Below are positions 31,271 through 42,305 of a stretch of 64,000 bases of DNA, one piece after another. The notes beneath the pieces were generated by a model. The model did no database searches. It saw only the letters and a program-made list of their open reading frames with translations, and was not told where the DNA came from. Made by a program: the position numbers and the translations under genes. Source of the stretch: a bacterium (GTDB lineage: Bacteria; Verrucomicrobiota; Kiritimatiellia; CAIKKV01; CAIYGI01); the NCBI GenBank assembly GCA_025360745.1, contig JANYBP010000032.1:2574-66573 (forward strand), written 5' to 3'. The first letter of the stretch is position 1, and the number at the start of each line of letters is the position of its first letter.

Positions 31271-32698
31271 CTAATTCAGGATGGTTTTAGACACGGAAGC
31301 GATGACGGCCTGCAGCAGACGGCCAGGCACGACCCCAAGCAGGGTGACAATCGCGATCAGCGCCATTCCTGTAATGGCCGCTCCCCTGTCGAGCCGGACT
31401 TCGGACCTGTCGCCCGGATCGGCGAAGTACATCACGCGCACCACGGTGAGATAATAGTAAATGCCGATGGCCGTATTCAACGCGGCCAGCACCACCAGCA
31501 GCAAAAAGCCGCCGCGCAGCGCCTCGCTCAGGAGCAGGAACTTGCCGATAAAACCCACGAACGGCGGTATGCCGGCCAGGGCGAACATACTGGCGCCCAT
31601 GATGAAAGCCGCCATGGGATTGCGTTTGTGCAGGCCGGACAGATCGTCGATCGAAACATTCTCGCCGTCCTTCGACACCTGGCAAAGCACGAGAAAGGCC
31701 GGCAGACTCATCGCCACGAAACCGAAGATGTAGAACATCGCCGCCGCAAAGCCGGCGGCTTTCAGCGTGACCAGTCCGATCATGACATAGCCGGCGTGCG
31801 CGATGCTCGAATAGCCCAGCATGCGCTTGGCATCCTTCTGCACCAGTGCGGACAGGTTGCCGAAAAACATGGAACCGAGCGATCCCGCCATCAGCAGCAG
31901 ACTCAGTGTGGCGCTGGAGGGCCCGGCGCAAATCAGGAACCGGATCAGCACCGCCACCGCCGCCAGCTTGGGCACCGCGGCAATGAAGGCCGTCGTTTCG
32001 TTGGCAGCGCCCTGGTAAACATCCGGCGCCCAGAGGTGCATAGGGAAGGCCGCGAGTTTGAAAAGCAGGGCGGCCACCACGAGGATCAGGCCCGCCAGCG
32101 CGGCGGGCTCGTGCCATCTTTGCGCCAGGGCCGGCGCGATTTCGTTGAAGTAGGTGGAACCGGTCAGCCCGTAGAGATAGCTCATGCCGAACAGCAGAAA
32201 GCCGGTGGAGACAACCCCGAACATCACGTACTTGGCCGCCGACTCCATCTGCATGCGCAAGCCGGGCCGTTCCCGGCGCATCGGCACCAGCAGGTACAAG
32301 GCATAGGAGGACAACTCCAGCGCCACGAACAGCGAGATCAACTCGACGCTGCTGACCAGCATGGTCAGACCCAGCGCGCCAAGTATCAGAAAAAAGAAGT
32401 ACTCGGGGCGGATCTGCTCGCGAATATCCTTCAGTTTGGAGCCGAATATCGTCACCGCCGCCAGTCCCAACGCGATAAAGCACTTGAATAGCTGCGAATA
32501 TGCGTCCACCCGGTAGGCATGGCAGAACAAATCGCCCTGAACGGAGAACGAGGCCAGGCATACGCCGAGGTTCAGCAGCGCCACCGCGGCGGCCGCCCGC
32601 GCCGCCGCACGGCCCCGTCCGGCGCCCAGGCTGATGGCGAAGACAATCCCGCCCCCCAGGATCAGCACAAGTTCTGACGCAAAGGACAACAGACTCAT
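31271..32698 (-). CDS. nuoN: NADH-quinone oxidoreductase subunit N
   Basis: 475 aa antiporter-like subunit with 14 TM. It is the last gene of the nuo operon. Confidence 0.8.
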   Translation of the reverse strand: MSLLSFASELVLILGGGIVFAISLGAGRGRAAARAAAAVALLNLGVCLASFSVQGDLFCHAYRVDAYSQLFKCFIALGLAAVTIFGSKLKDIREQIRPEYFFFLILGALGLTMLVSSVELISLFVALELSSYALYLLVPMRRERPGLRMQMESAAKYVMFGVVSTGFLLFGMSYLYGLTGSTYFNEIAPALAQRWHEPAALAGLILVVAALLFKLAAFPMHLWAPDVYQGAANETTAFIAAVPKLAAVAVLIRFLICAGPSSATLSLLLMAGSLGSMFFGNLSALVQKDAKRMLGYSSIAHAGYVMIGLVTLKAAGFAAAMFYIFGFVAMSLPAFLVLCQVSKDGENVSIDDLSGLHKRNPMAAFIMGASMFALAGIPPFVGFIGKFLLLSEALRGGFLLLVVLAALNTAIGIYYYLTVVRVMYFADPGDRSEVRLDRGAAITGMALIAIVTLLGVVPGRLLQAVIASVSKTILN

Positions 32699-32717
32699 TT
32701 ACCGCACTTCCCTTCGA

Positions 32718-34214
32718 TTAAATGACCAGTCCGGCCTGGAATTGCTCCAGCAAGCGCTGCACGCTGACATGGATCAGATTCATGAACGGCGCCGGCGCAA
32801 ACCCGATCCAGATCACCAGCGCCAGCAGTGGCGCCAGGGTCAGAATCTCGCGCCAGTTCAGGTCGCGCAAATAACTCGTATCGGGGTTGTCCGTTCCGCC
32901 CCAGATGATGCGTTGCAGCATTCGATACATGTAGGCGGCGCTCAAAACCACGCCCGGGATGGCCAGCAGGCCAAGTATGCTGGAATAGCGGAAACCGCCG
33001 ACCAGCACCAGGAACTCTCCGACAAAACTGTTCGTGCCGGGAAAGGCCAGAGACGAGAGGCCGAAGACCGTCAGCCCCGTCACGTAGATCGGCATGATCT
33101 TGCCGATACCGGTGGCCTTGGCCAGTTCGCGGCTGTGGGTGCGCTCATAGATCATGCCCACGCAGAGGAACAACGCGCCGGTGGTGATGCCGTGATTGAT
33201 CATCTGCAGAATCGCACCCTCGAGTCCGCTCACGTTCAGGACGAAAATCCCCAGCGTGACAAAGCCCATGTGCGCCACGCTCGAATAGGCCACCAGCCGT
33301 TTCATGTCGCTCTGGGCCAGGGCCGTGAATCCGCCATATACGATGCCGGCGATCGAGAGCGCCAGCACGTACGGACCGAAGGCCGCCACGCCGAGCGGCG
33401 TCATGGGCAGGCAGAATCGCAGGAAACCGTAGGCGCCCATTTTCAGCAGCACGCTGGCCAGCAGGACGCTGCCGGCCGTGGGCGCCTCAACATGCGCCGC
33501 GGGCAGCCATGTATGGAACGGAAACATCGGCACCTTGATGGCAAAAGCCACAAAAAAGGCCAGGAAGACCCAGCATTGCAGGGTCGCCGAATAGGGCTGG
33601 CTCATCAGCGCGGGAATCGAGAATGTCTGCCCGGGACTGTGCAGGTAAAGCGCGATCACGGCCACCGGCAGCAGCACCGAGCCCGCCAGGGTATAAAGGA
33701 AGAACTTCACCGAAGCGTAAATTTTCCGCGGACCGCCCCAGATGCCGATCAGGAGGAACATCGGGATCAGCATGGCCTCCCAGAAAATATAAAACAGGAC
33801 GAAGTCGAGGGCCATGAAGACACCCAGCATGGAGGTTTCCATGATCAGGATGCAGGCCATGAATTCTTTGACCCGGCTGCCGATCGCGCGCCAGGAGCAG
33901 AGCACGCAAAGCGGCGTCAGGAAGGTCGTCAGCAGGATCAGCAGCAGGCTGATCCCGTCCACCCCCAGCGCGTAATTGATCTTCAGCGGCGGAATCCAAG
34001 GCAGATTTTCCGCGAATTGGAAGCTGGCTGTCGAGGCGTCGAAACCGGTGTAGAGCAGGATCGAAAGCAGGGCCGTAATCAGCGTCACCGCCAGGGTCCA
34101 AAGTTTGACCTGACCGTCGCCCCGCAGCAACGGCAGGACGAAAGCCCCCGCCAGCGGCAGGAAGATCAGCACACTCAGGATCGGCCAGTGGCCGTGCATC
34201 CATAGAACAGACAT
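32718..34214 (-). CDS. nuoM: NADH-quinone oxidoreductase subunit M
   Basis: 498 aa with the NuoM/ND4 pattern (FYIFWEAMLIPMFLLIGIWGG). Confidence 0.85.
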   Translation of the reverse strand: MSVLWMHGHWPILSVLIFLPLAGAFVLPLLRGDGQVKLWTLAVTLITALLSILLYTGFDASTASFQFAENLPWIPPLKINYALGVDGISLLLILLTTFLTPLCVLCSWRAIGSRVKEFMACILIMETSMLGVFMALDFVLFYIFWEAMLIPMFLLIGIWGGPRKIYASVKFFLYTLAGSVLLPVAVIALYLHSPGQTFSIPALMSQPYSATLQCWVFLAFFVAFAIKVPMFPFHTWLPAAHVEAPTAGSVLLASVLLKMGAYGFLRFCLPMTPLGVAAFGPYVLALSIAGIVYGGFTALAQSDMKRLVAYSSVAHMGFVTLGIFVLNVSGLEGAILQMINHGITTGALFLCVGMIYERTHSRELAKATGIGKIMPIYVTGLTVFGLSSLAFPGTNSFVGEFLVLVGGFRYSSILGLLAIPGVVLSAAYMYRMLQRIIWGGTDNPDTSYLRDLNWREILTLAPLLALVIWIGFAPAPFMNLIHVSVQRLLEQFQAGLVI

Positions 34215-34218
34215 GACT

Positions 34219-36033
34219 TTACCTCAAGATCGTTACAGCCAGCGCGTACGCCAGCAGAACCACGACGATCGCCAGCAGCGCGCTGAAAATGTTGAATTGC
34301 AAGCTCCTGGTTTGGAGATGCCGCACACGGTCGCCAAGCGACCAGACGTTTTTGGCGAGGCCATCCACCACGCCGTCGATCGCGCGCCCATCGAACCAGG
34401 CCGAGCCCCTTGCCGCCGCCATCAGCCAGGCCAGCCCGCAAAACCGGTAGAATTCGCTGACCCATTCGTCAACCGCCTGCGCCGGCTTGCGCGCAAACCA
34501 CAACACGGCGCGTCCGCCCATGCGGTAGAACCAGTCCAGATCGAGGTTGACGCCCGCGTGCGGGTCTATCTTGCGAAGTCTCACCAGCACGAAGAAGGCG
34601 AAGCCCGTGAAAAGCAGAACCTGCAGGGTCTCGGAAATGTGCCCGAAGTTATAGGGGTGATAGGCCTGCGCGGCGGCCTGATGCGGCAGCAGGTTGTAGA
34701 GAGCCGGCGTATAGCAGCCCAGGAAGATGCAGAGGAACGCGGCCGCGCCCATCGCGGCGAGCATGTTCCAGGGCGGATCGCCCGCGCGCTCGCGCACTTC
34801 CGGTTCGCAGCGGTCGCGGCCGAACCAGACGAAGTATGGCACCTTGAGGCCGTTGCAGTAGAAGGTGCCGATCGAGGCCAGCGTCAGCAGGAATCCGGCC
34901 GGGATCCAATGCTGTTCGAAGGCGGCGGAGACGATCATGGATTTGCTGACGAAGCCGCTGAAAAGCGGGAAGGCGGAAATCGACAGCCCCCCGATCAGCG
35001 TGAGCAGGAAGGTCCACGGCATCTTGCGATAGAGCCCGCCCAGGCGCGACATGCGCGTCTCGCCGGTCATGAAGAGCACCGTGCCGCCACCCATGAAAAG
35101 CAGACCTTTGTAGAGAATGTGGGCGAAGGCGTGGGCGCAGGCGCCGTTGATGGCCAGCGCGGTGCCGATGCCGACGCCGGCCACCATGTAGCCGACCTGA
35201 CTGACGATGTGGTAGGCGAAGAGGCGGCGGATGTCGTTCTCGATGATGGCGAAGGCCACGCCGTAGAGCGACATGATCACACCGAGCCAGAGCAGCAGTT
35301 CCATGCCGGGGAAGCCGCGGCACAGCGCGTAAACCGCGGTCTTGGTCGTGAAGGCGCTCAGGAAGACCGAGCCGTTGAAGGTGCCTTCGGGGTAGGCGTC
35401 GGGCAGCCAGGCATGCAGCGGCGGAACCGCCGCGTTGAGCAGGATGCCGATCAGGATCAGGTATTCCGCCGCCGAGGGATTGTGGACATTGAAGGCGTCG
35501 AAAGCGATGCTGCCGGTGGCCTTCATGTGCAGGACCAGACCCGCCAGCAGCGCGAGACCGCCCGCGACGTGAACCAGCAGATAGCGGAAGCCGGCGGCGG
35601 TGGACTGCGGCCGGCGGCGCAGCCAGATCAGGAAAACCGAGGCGAAGGCCATCAGTTCCCAGAACAGGAAGAGGGCGATCAGGTCGCCCGCGAAAATCGC
35701 GCCCAGCGAACCGGAGACGTAAACCCAGGCGGCGATGTGCTGCGCATCGTCCTCCACATGCAGACCGAAGAGCGTGCCGATGACGCACATGCCACCCATG
35801 ATCACGGCGAAGACCAGGCTGAGGGCGTCCACGCGGCCAAAGGTCAGCGTCCAGTTCAGCACCTGCATCACGCCGTGACGGGACTCCGGCGCGCCGAGCA
35901 TCGTCAGAATCACGCCCAGCGCCAGCAGGGGCACAGCCAGCAGGAAGGCCTTGCGCGCCACACGCGGAACGAACGGCAGCAGCAGAGCGCCCGCCATCAG
36001 GACCAGCGACGGATGAATCCACAGATTATTCAC
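34219..36033 (-). CDS. nuoL: NADH-quinone oxidoreductase subunit L (with C-terminal long horizontal helix)
   Basis: 604 aa. It has an antiporter-like core plus a C-terminal amphipathic extension and a final TM (AIDGVVDGLAKNVWSLGDRV ... ALLAIVVVLLAYALAV). Confidence 0.8.
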   Translation of the reverse strand: MNNLWIHPSLVLMAGALLLPFVPRVARKAFLLAVPLLALGVILTMLGAPESRHGVMQVLNWTLTFGRVDALSLVFAVIMGGMCVIGTLFGLHVEDDAQHIAAWVYVSGSLGAIFAGDLIALFLFWELMAFASVFLIWLRRRPQSTAAGFRYLLVHVAGGLALLAGLVLHMKATGSIAFDAFNVHNPSAAEYLILIGILLNAAVPPLHAWLPDAYPEGTFNGSVFLSAFTTKTAVYALCRGFPGMELLLWLGVIMSLYGVAFAIIENDIRRLFAYHIVSQVGYMVAGVGIGTALAINGACAHAFAHILYKGLLFMGGGTVLFMTGETRMSRLGGLYRKMPWTFLLTLIGGLSISAFPLFSGFVSKSMIVSAAFEQHWIPAGFLLTLASIGTFYCNGLKVPYFVWFGRDRCEPEVRERAGDPPWNMLAAMGAAAFLCIFLGCYTPALYNLLPHQAAAQAYHPYNFGHISETLQVLLFTGFAFFVLVRLRKIDPHAGVNLDLDWFYRMGGRAVLWFARKPAQAVDEWVSEFYRFCGLAWLMAAARGSAWFDGRAIDGVVDGLAKNVWSLGDRVRHLQTRSLQFNIFSALLAIVVVLLAYALAVTILR

Positions 36034-36361
36034 CGTAGTAGTCCTCCCGTTTTGCGACGAAGGCGGCCAGCACGCCTTTCGACACGATCACGAGCAGCAC
36101 GCAGCCCAGCACGCCGAAGAGGGTCCAGAAGACCGGCAGCGTTTCCGCCAGGTGGTAGGCCCGGGCCCAGAATCCGTGTTCCAGCGCGCCCGCCGCCGCG
36201 CCGTGCTCCACCGCCGCCGCGACGGACTCGCCCTGCTCCGCCGGGCCGCCGGTCATTCGCAGCGCCGTGTCGCCGGCCATCGCAGCCACCAGCAGCACGA
36301 CGCACACGACAATCACCGCTTTCAGACGCCGATGCAAATATTCCAGCGTTTTCGCGAGCAT
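36026..36361 (-). CDS. Small two-TM membrane protein of unknown function within the nuo operon
   Basis: 111 aa ORF that fills exactly the gap between the extra antiporter-like gene and nuoL. Confidence 0.45.
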   Translation of the reverse strand: MLAKTLEYLHRRLKAVIVVCVVLLVAAMAGDTALRMTGGPAEQGESVAAAVEHGAAAGALEHGFWARAYHLAETLPVFWTLFGVLGCVLLVIVSKGVLAAFVAKREDYYGE

Positions 36362-37839
36362 CAGGTGAACACTCCCTTGATCAAATTGATGAAGAAGTCG
36401 GGGTAAACGCCGACCGCCACGGAGAGCGCCGCGGTGATCAGCAGCGGCGCCAGCACGGCTGGCGCCGCCTCCTTGACACCGTCATAGGCATGGCCGTCGT
36501 CCGGCTTGCCGAAAAACGCGGAGTACACCACGGGCGCGAAGTAGGCGATGTTGAGCATGGTGCTGACCAGCAACACCACCACGATGCCGATCTGCCGCGC
36601 GTCGATCGCGCCGATCAGCAGGAACCACTTGGAAACGAACCCGCCCACCGGCGGCACACCGATCATGCCCAGCGACGCCACCGCGAAGGCCGCAAAGGTC
36701 CACGGCATGACGCGGCCCAGGCCCTTCATGTCGGAGATGTTCTTCCTGTGCGACGCCACATAAATGGCGCCCGCGCAGAAGAATAAAGTGATCTTGGAGA
36801 AGGCATGGTTGGCGATATGCACGATTCCGCCCTCGATCCCCGCCGGCGTGAGCAGCGCCACGCCGAGAATCACGTAGGAAAGCTGGCTGACGGTCGAATA
36901 GGCCAGCCGCGCCTTGAGATTATCCTTGCTCAAGGCGATCAGCGAAGCCGCCAGGATCGTGAACGAGACGAAGTATGCCGTGGGTATGCCCAGGTTAAAG
37001 GCAGCCATCTTGTCCACGCCGAACACGAACAGCATCACCCGTGTGGTGGAAAAGACGCCGACCTTGACCACCGCCACCGCGTGCAGCAGGGCGCTGACCG
37101 GCGTGGGCGCCACCATCGCGCCCGGCAGCCAGTTATGGAAGGGCATCAGGCCGTTTTTGGCGAAGCCGAGGATCAGGAAGGCGTAGGTCACCGTCACCAG
37201 CAGGCGGCCTGCGTCAGAGGGGAAGATGCCCGTGCGTATGTTGTCCGAGAAATCCAGCGTGCCGCAGACCACGTAGGTGAGCACGATCGCGGGCAGCACC
37301 AGCCCCTTGGCCGTGGCCGTCAGATAGGTCAGATATTTGCGCCCGCCCTCGTAACCCTCCGCGTCCTGATGGTGGGCCACAAGCGGATAGGTGCTGACGC
37401 TGACAATCTCGTAGAAGAGGTAAAGGGTGAAAAGGTTGTCGGCAAAGGCGCAGCCGACCGCGCCGAACAGCGCCAGCGCGAAGCAGGCGTTGAAACGCGT
37501 CTGGGCGTGTTCGTGAAGCGAGCGCATGTAGCCCATCGAGTAGAAAACGGTCACGATCCAGAGGAAGGAGGCCACCAGCGCAAAAACCATGGAAAACGCA
37601 TCGGCCCGCAGGGTCACGCTGACGCCCGGCAGGAGTGTGCAGATATGACAGGCCAGCTTCTGCCCGGCCAGCACGGGCTTGACCAGGGAGACCACCGTTC
37701 CGAAGGTGACGGCGGCGGCGATAAAAGAACAGGACTCGCGCAGATTGGGCCGCCGGCCGCTGAGCATCACCATGATCGCGCCCGCCAGCGGGGCGAGCAC
37801 AGCCAACAGCAGCAGAGGAGTTTCTACGGGAGACGACAT
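36361..37839 (-). CDS. Additional MrpD/NuoM-like proton-pumping antiporter subunit
   Basis: 492 aa with antiporter-like fold motifs (LFTLYLFYEIVSVSTYPLV, AYSTVSQLSYVILGVALL). It sits between nuoK and nuoL. Confidence 0.75.
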   Translation of the reverse strand: MSSPVETPLLLLAVLAPLAGAIMVMLSGRRPNLRESCSFIAAAVTFGTVVSLVKPVLAGQKLACHICTLLPGVSVTLRADAFSMVFALVASFLWIVTVFYSMGYMRSLHEHAQTRFNACFALALFGAVGCAFADNLFTLYLFYEIVSVSTYPLVAHHQDAEGYEGGRKYLTYLTATAKGLVLPAIVLTYVVCGTLDFSDNIRTGIFPSDAGRLLVTVTYAFLILGFAKNGLMPFHNWLPGAMVAPTPVSALLHAVAVVKVGVFSTTRVMLFVFGVDKMAAFNLGIPTAYFVSFTILAASLIALSKDNLKARLAYSTVSQLSYVILGVALLTPAGIEGGIVHIANHAFSKITLFFCAGAIYVASHRKNISDMKGLGRVMPWTFAAFAVASLGMIGVPPVGGFVSKWFLLIGAIDARQIGIVVVLLVSTMLNIAYFAPVVYSAFFGKPDDGHAYDGVKEAAPAVLAPLLITAALSVAVGVYPDFFINLIKGVFT

Positions 37840-37846
37840 CGGCGGG

Positions 37847-38194
37847 CTATCCTTCCATTTCCTTCAGGTCGCGCGTCTGAATGGTCCGGTAGTTGCGGTA
37901 CACGGCAAGCATGATGCTGAGCACGATCGCCGCCTCGGCGGCGGCAATGCCCATGATGAAGAGGGCGAAGGCCTGGCCTGTCACCGGGTCCGCGGCCAGG
38001 AAGCGTCCGAAGGCCACAAAATTGAGCGACGCGCCGGAAAGAATCAGCTCGCCGGAAACCAGCATACCCACCAGCGTCCGGTGCCGGCAAAACCCGAAGA
38101 AACCGATGGCGAACAGCAAGGCCCCCAGCACCAGATAGACGCCAAGATGATTGCTGGCCTGCGTGAAGAAATTAAGCACTCCAGGATTATTCAC
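37847..38194 (-). CDS. nuoK: NADH-quinone oxidoreductase subunit K
   Basis: About 100-115 aa, 3 TM, with the conserved membrane-embedded Glu residues (GELILSGASLNFVAF..AEAAIVLSIML). Start is uncertain. Confidence 0.8.
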   Translation of the reverse strand: MNNPGVLNFFTQASNHLGVYLVLGALLFAIGFFGFCRHRTLVGMLVSGELILSGASLNFVAFGRFLAADPVTGQAFALFIMGIAAAEAAIVLSIMLAVYRNYRTIQTRDLKEMEG

Positions 38195-38732
38195 GGTTGT
38201 TCCCCCGTCCCGTCCGGGCCACCACCAGCGCGCCGAGTATGGCCAGCAATAGCACGACGGAGATCAGTTCGAAGGCGAATCCAAAACGGGTCAGCAGCGC
38301 GCGGCCGATGTCCTGCACAGCACCGGCGTTGACCCGCACAGCTTTCGGCATCCAGGCGGTGCGTCCGATCAACGCGATCAGCGCAAACGCCAGCATCGCG
38401 GCCACCAGAAAGGCTGCGATGGCCGCCGGCAGAGCGCGCGACCGCGCGGACTTTTCCTCGACCACATCGGCCAGCATGATCGCGAACATGATCACAATGC
38501 AGACCGCGCCGATGTAGATCAGTATCTGCATCAAGGCCAGGAACGGGCTCTGCAGGTAGAGATAGAGCCCGGCGAGGCCGACAAAAGAGAGCGCCAACCC
38601 GCTGACGCTGTAGACCAGCCGCCGCGACGCCGCGGCCACCAGCGCGCCCAGCAGGGTGACGCCCGCCACACCCGCGAAGAGCAGGGCGCTGACCAGCGGG
38701 TAGACCTTTTCCGGCGAAAGATCGATGGTCAT
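38187..38732 (-). CDS. nuoJ: NADH-quinone oxidoreductase subunit J
   Basis: 181 aa with a NuoJ-like TM pattern. Position is between nuoI and nuoK. Confidence 0.75.
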   Translation of the reverse strand: MTIDLSPEKVYPLVSALLFAGVAGVTLLGALVAAASRRLVYSVSGLALSFVGLAGLYLYLQSPFLALMQILIYIGAVCIVIMFAIMLADVVEEKSARSRALPAAIAAFLVAAMLAFALIALIGRTAWMPKAVRVNAGAVQDIGRALLTRFGFAFELISVVLLLAILGALVVARTGRGNNRE

Positions 38733-39184
38733 TTTGCCCCCCCCACTCTCTTGAGCAGATCCATCGTCTGGTAGTCTTCCTTGCGCATGGAGGTCAGGTT
38801 GTAGTCATGCGAGAAGGCCAGGGCATCGAACTTGCAGCTCTCCACGCATAAGCCGCAGAGGCTGCAGGTCGTGAAATCCAGCATGTAGGCGGTCAGAACC
38901 TTGCGTGGCGCGCCTTCCGGCTTCTGGCCATCCAGTTGTTTTATGCAACCCGAGGGACAGGCTTTCTGGCAGGCCATGCAGACGACGCACTTGGGCTGGC
39001 CGGTCGTTTCGTCGCGCTTCAATTCGATATGCCCGCGATAGCGCGCGGTCATGGTCAGGCTCTTGTAGGGATAATCCAGCGTCACCCGGCGGCGGAACAT
39101 GCGGACGAAGGTGATCCCCATCCCGACCGCCAGCGTATAGGCGCCCTCGACGATCTCTTTGAAATATTCGATCATGTTGTTCAA
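38729..39184 (-). CDS. nuoI: NADH-quinone oxidoreductase subunit I (2x[4Fe-4S])
   Basis: Two CxxCxxCxxxCP motifs (CVVCMACQKACP, CSLCGLCVESCK). Confidence 0.85.
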   Translation of the reverse strand: MNNMIEYFKEIVEGAYTLAVGMGITFVRMFRRRVTLDYPYKSLTMTARYRGHIELKRDETTGQPKCVVCMACQKACPSGCIKQLDGQKPEGAPRKVLTAYMLDFTTCSLCGLCVESCKFDALAFSHDYNLTSMRKEDYQTMDLLKRVGGAK

Positions 39185-40179
39185 AAGAGTTTAAGCATCA
39201 CGGCCGTCAGCAGCAGGTTCGCCAGCGCCAGCGGAATCAGGTATTTCCACGAGAGGTTCAGCAGGCCGTAGAACTGCGTTCTCGGAAAGGACCAGCGCAC
39301 CCACACCACCATGACGCACAGCGCGTACATTTTGATCAGGAACCAGTGCAGGCCGGGCAGCAGACCGAACGGGCAGTGCCAGCCGCCGAGGAAAAGGATG
39401 GTGGCCAGACAGCAGCCGACCACGATGTTGACATACTCGGCGATGAAAAATAGCCCGAAGCCCATGCCGGAATATTCCGTGAAGACACCCGCGACCAGTT
39501 CGCTTTCCGCCTCCACCATGTCGAACGGCGCGCGGTTGGATTCCGCCAGCAGGCAGATGAAGTAGATCAGGAATGCCACCGGCATCAGCGGGTTCGCGCC
39601 CAGCTTCAGGAGGTTCCAGTGCCAGAAGCCGCCCGCCTGCTGCGCCACGATCGTGTGCAGGTTGAAGGTGTGGGTCGTCATCACCAGCGACAGCACGATC
39701 ACGAGCAGCGGGATTTCGTATGCGATGTTCTGGGCCACGATCCGCGCGGCGGCGATGCTGGAGAACTTATTGGCCGAGGCCAGCCCGGCCAGCATCAGGG
39801 CGAAGGTGCTGACCGCGCCAAAGGCGAAGATCATCAGCAGTCCCAGGTTGTAGTTGCGCGCCACCACCGTCTCGCTGAAGGGAATCGTCACCAGGCAAAG
39901 AATCGGTGGCACCACAACCATGATCGGCCCCAGCAGGAAGAGCGGCACATCCACATCCCTGGGCAGCAGCAACTGCTTGGACATCAGTTTGACGCCGTCG
40001 GCCACCGGCTGCAGCAGGCCCCAGGGACCGACCTCGGTGGGACCGCGCCGCAACTGCATCCATGAGGCCTGCTTGCGTTCGAGCAGCGTCAGGTAAGCCG
40101 CGTTGAAAGCCGCGAATCCGATCATGCCCACCAGATAGAGGAGCAGCCTGACCAGATTCATCAGCATGCCTTCCGTCAT
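39181..40179 (-). CDS. nuoH: NADH-quinone oxidoreductase subunit H
   Basis: 332 aa with NuoH/ND1 motifs (LLERKQASWMQLRRGPTEVGPWGLLQP). Confidence 0.85.
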   Translation of the reverse strand: MTEGMLMNLVRLLLYLVGMIGFAAFNAAYLTLLERKQASWMQLRRGPTEVGPWGLLQPVADGVKLMSKQLLLPRDVDVPLFLLGPIMVVVPPILCLVTIPFSETVVARNYNLGLLMIFAFGAVSTFALMLAGLASANKFSSIAAARIVAQNIAYEIPLLVIVLSLVMTTHTFNLHTIVAQQAGGFWHWNLLKLGANPLMPVAFLIYFICLLAESNRAPFDMVEAESELVAGVFTEYSGMGFGLFFIAEYVNIVVGCCLATILFLGGWHCPFGLLPGLHWFLIKMYALCVMVVWVRWSFPRTQFYGLLNLSWKYLIPLALANLLLTAVMLKLF

Positions 40180-40198
40180 GACACTTCTTCTCCCGCCT

Positions 40199-41317
40199 TC
40201 ATCGGTCGATATCCGGAATCACCAGGTCCAGGCTGCCGAGCAGCGCCAGCGCATCGGTCAGCAACATCCCCCGCGCGCACTCCTGGAACAGGCTCAGGTT
40301 CGAGAAACAGGGCGAGCGCAGTTTGAGCCGGTAGGCGTTCTCCGACCCATCGCTGATCGCGCGCACGCCGAAACTGCCGCGCGCGGACTCCACGTTGAAA
40401 TAGCAGTCGCCTTTCGGGGGCTTGAGCGCGCGCGGAACCTTGTCGGCCATGACCGGGCCGGCCGGGAGCTTGTCGAGCGCCTGCTCGACGATGCGCAGGC
40501 TTTCCACGATTTCAGCGATGCGCACGCGGTAGCGGGCCATGCAGTCGCCCTCCGTGTAAACCGGCACGTCGAAATCCAGTTGCGGATAAACCGAATAGGG
40601 TTCCAGCTTGCGCACATCGTATGCGACGCCGGAGCCGCGAATGACGGGACCGCTGGCGCCATACTTGCGGCACTCCGCGGCCGACAGAATGCCGATACCT
40701 TCGCAGCGTTTGCGGAAAATGATGTTCTTGCTGACGAAGGCGTCGTAGAGCGGCATGCGCGAACGCATCGATGTCACAAAGGCGCGGGCGCCGGCGATGA
40801 AGTTGTCGTCAACGTCGTTGCAGACGCCGCCGAAACGGAAATAGCAGAAGGTCAGCCGCGAACCCGTGACCGACTCGAGCAGATCGAGAATGTGTTCGCG
40901 GTCATCGAAGCAGTAGAGCAAGGGCGTGAACCCGCCCAGGTCGACCAGGAAGGCGCCGACCCAGAGCAGGTGGCTGGCGATGCGGTTCAGTTCGCAGGTG
41001 ATGACGCGGATATACTCCGCGCGCTCGGGGACGACCAGCCCGGCCAGCCGTTCGACGGCGCCGACATAGCCATGACCGTTGAAAAGCGCCGCCACGTAAT
41101 CCAGGCGGCCGGTATTGGGAAGAAACTTCGCGTAGCTGCGGTTCTCGCCCATTTTCTCGTGCATCCGGTGCCCGTAGCCGATCACGGGTTCCGCATCCAC
41201 GATGTACTCGCCGTCCATCGTCAGTTTGATTCTCAGCACGCCATGGGTCGCGGGGTGCTGCGGTCCAACATTCAGGACGAACGATTCGTGATGGAGGGCT
41301 TGGGCGTCGCTGCTCAC
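40199..41317 (-). CDS. nuoD: NADH-quinone oxidoreductase subunit D (49 kDa)
   Basis: 372 aa with the NuoD N-terminus ([23 protein letters not shown]) and C-terminal region. It lies directly upstream of nuoH, so nuoEFG are absent from the operon. Confidence 0.85.
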   Translation of the reverse strand: MSSDAQALHHESFVLNVGPQHPATHGVLRIKLTMDGEYIVDAEPVIGYGHRMHEKMGENRSYAKFLPNTGRLDYVAALFNGHGYVGAVERLAGLVVPERAEYIRVITCELNRIASHLLWVGAFLVDLGGFTPLLYCFDDREHILDLLESVTGSRLTFCYFRFGGVCNDVDDNFIAGARAFVTSMRSRMPLYDAFVSKNIIFRKRCEGIGILSAAECRKYGASGPVIRGSGVAYDVRKLEPYSVYPQLDFDVPVYTEGDCMARYRVRIAEIVESLRIVEQALDKLPAGPVMADKVPRALKPPKGDCYFNVESARGSFGVRAISDGSENAYRLKLRSPCFSNLSLFQECARGMLLTDALALLGSLDLVIPDIDR

Positions 41318-41784
41318 GGCGCAAAGTCCTTCCTGAGGGGATGAAAAGTGGCATCCTCCGGCAACAACAAGGGAATCAGTCCGGGATGACCCGCGAAAAC
41401 GATCCCGAAAAAGTCGTGCGTTTCACGCTCATGCCAGTTGGCGCCGGGAAAGACAGCGGAGATGCTGGGCAACTCCGGCTTGTCGCGCGGCGCCCGCGCT
41501 CTGAACGTCACGCGCTCGCCGGAGACGGGGTCCACAAAGTCGTAGACGATTTCCATCTGCTTGTCGGCCAGCCAGTCCACACCCGTGATCGCCTCGATCA
41601 TATACTCCGCCCGATCCAGGATGCGGGCGGCATCGCCGACGCGCTCCGCGGGGACCGTCAGGTCCAGATTCGTACCCTTCGCGCCGTGGTCGGTTTCCGC
41701 CAGCAGCGGCTGCCCGGCCGCATTGCGCTGGGCGATGGCCTCGAAACTGGCTTTGAGATCCTTGACCGGCATGGCGCTTTCCAT
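41314..41784 (-). CDS. nuoC: NADH-quinone oxidoreductase subunit C (30 kDa)
   Basis: The NuoC pattern is present ([18 protein letters not shown]). Start assigned at MESAMPVKD, overlapping the nuoB stop. Confidence 0.75.
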   Translation of the reverse strand: MESAMPVKDLKASFEAIAQRNAAGQPLLAETDHGAKGTNLDLTVPAERVGDAARILDRAEYMIEAITGVDWLADKQMEIVYDFVDPVSGERVTFRARAPRDKPELPSISAVFPGANWHERETHDFFGIVFAGHPGLIPLLLPEDATFHPLRKDFAP

Positions 41785-42305
41785 TACTTCGCTTCCACCG
41801 TGGGCCAGCGGCGGCGGCCGGTGAGTTTTTCTTCGAGTTTGAGCATGCCTTCGATCAAGGCTTCCGGGCGCGGCGGGCAACCCGGCACGTAGACATCGAC
41901 GGGGATCAATTTGTCAACCCCTGGAACGACGGAATATTGCCCCGGGAAGACGAAGGGCCCGCCCGCGATGGCGCAGTTCCCCATGGCAAGCACCCACTTG
42001 GGTTCCGGCATCTGATCGTAAAGCGTCACCACCGCCGTGCTCATCTTCCAGGTGACGGTCCCGGAGACGATCATCAGGTCGCTCTGCCGGGGGGATGGGC
42101 GGAAGACTTCGCAGCCGAAGCGCGACATGTCGAAGCGCGATGCGCCGGTGGCCATCATCTCGATCGCGCAGCAGGCCAGACCGAAGGTCATGGGCCAGAG
42201 CGAATTGGCGCGGCAGAGGTTTAAGAAGTTATCCAGCGCGGCGAAATGGATCAGCCCCGGGGGGACATCAACTTGCTTTTCCAAGTGAAGACTCCCTTCT
42301 TCCAT
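41784..42305 (-). CDS. nuoB: NADH-quinone oxidoreductase subunit B (20 kDa, N2 cluster)
   Basis: The motifs [17 protein letters not shown] and [18 protein letters not shown] are present. Confidence 0.85.
   Translation of the reverse strand: MEEGSLHLEKQVDVPPGLIHFAALDNFLNLCRANSLWPMTFGLACCAIEMMATGASRFDMSRFGCEVFRPSPRQSDLMIVSGTVTWKMSTAVVTLYDQMPEPKWVLAMGNCAIAGGPFVFPGQYSVVPGVDKLIPVDVYVPGCPPRPEALIEGMLKLEEKLTGRRRWPTVEAK

Noticed and set aside
30404-36786. Several 500-850-aa plus-strand ORFs across the nuo operon
   Set aside because: They are antisense to well-supported nuoL/M/N genes and have low-complexity Arg/His/Gln-rich translations.
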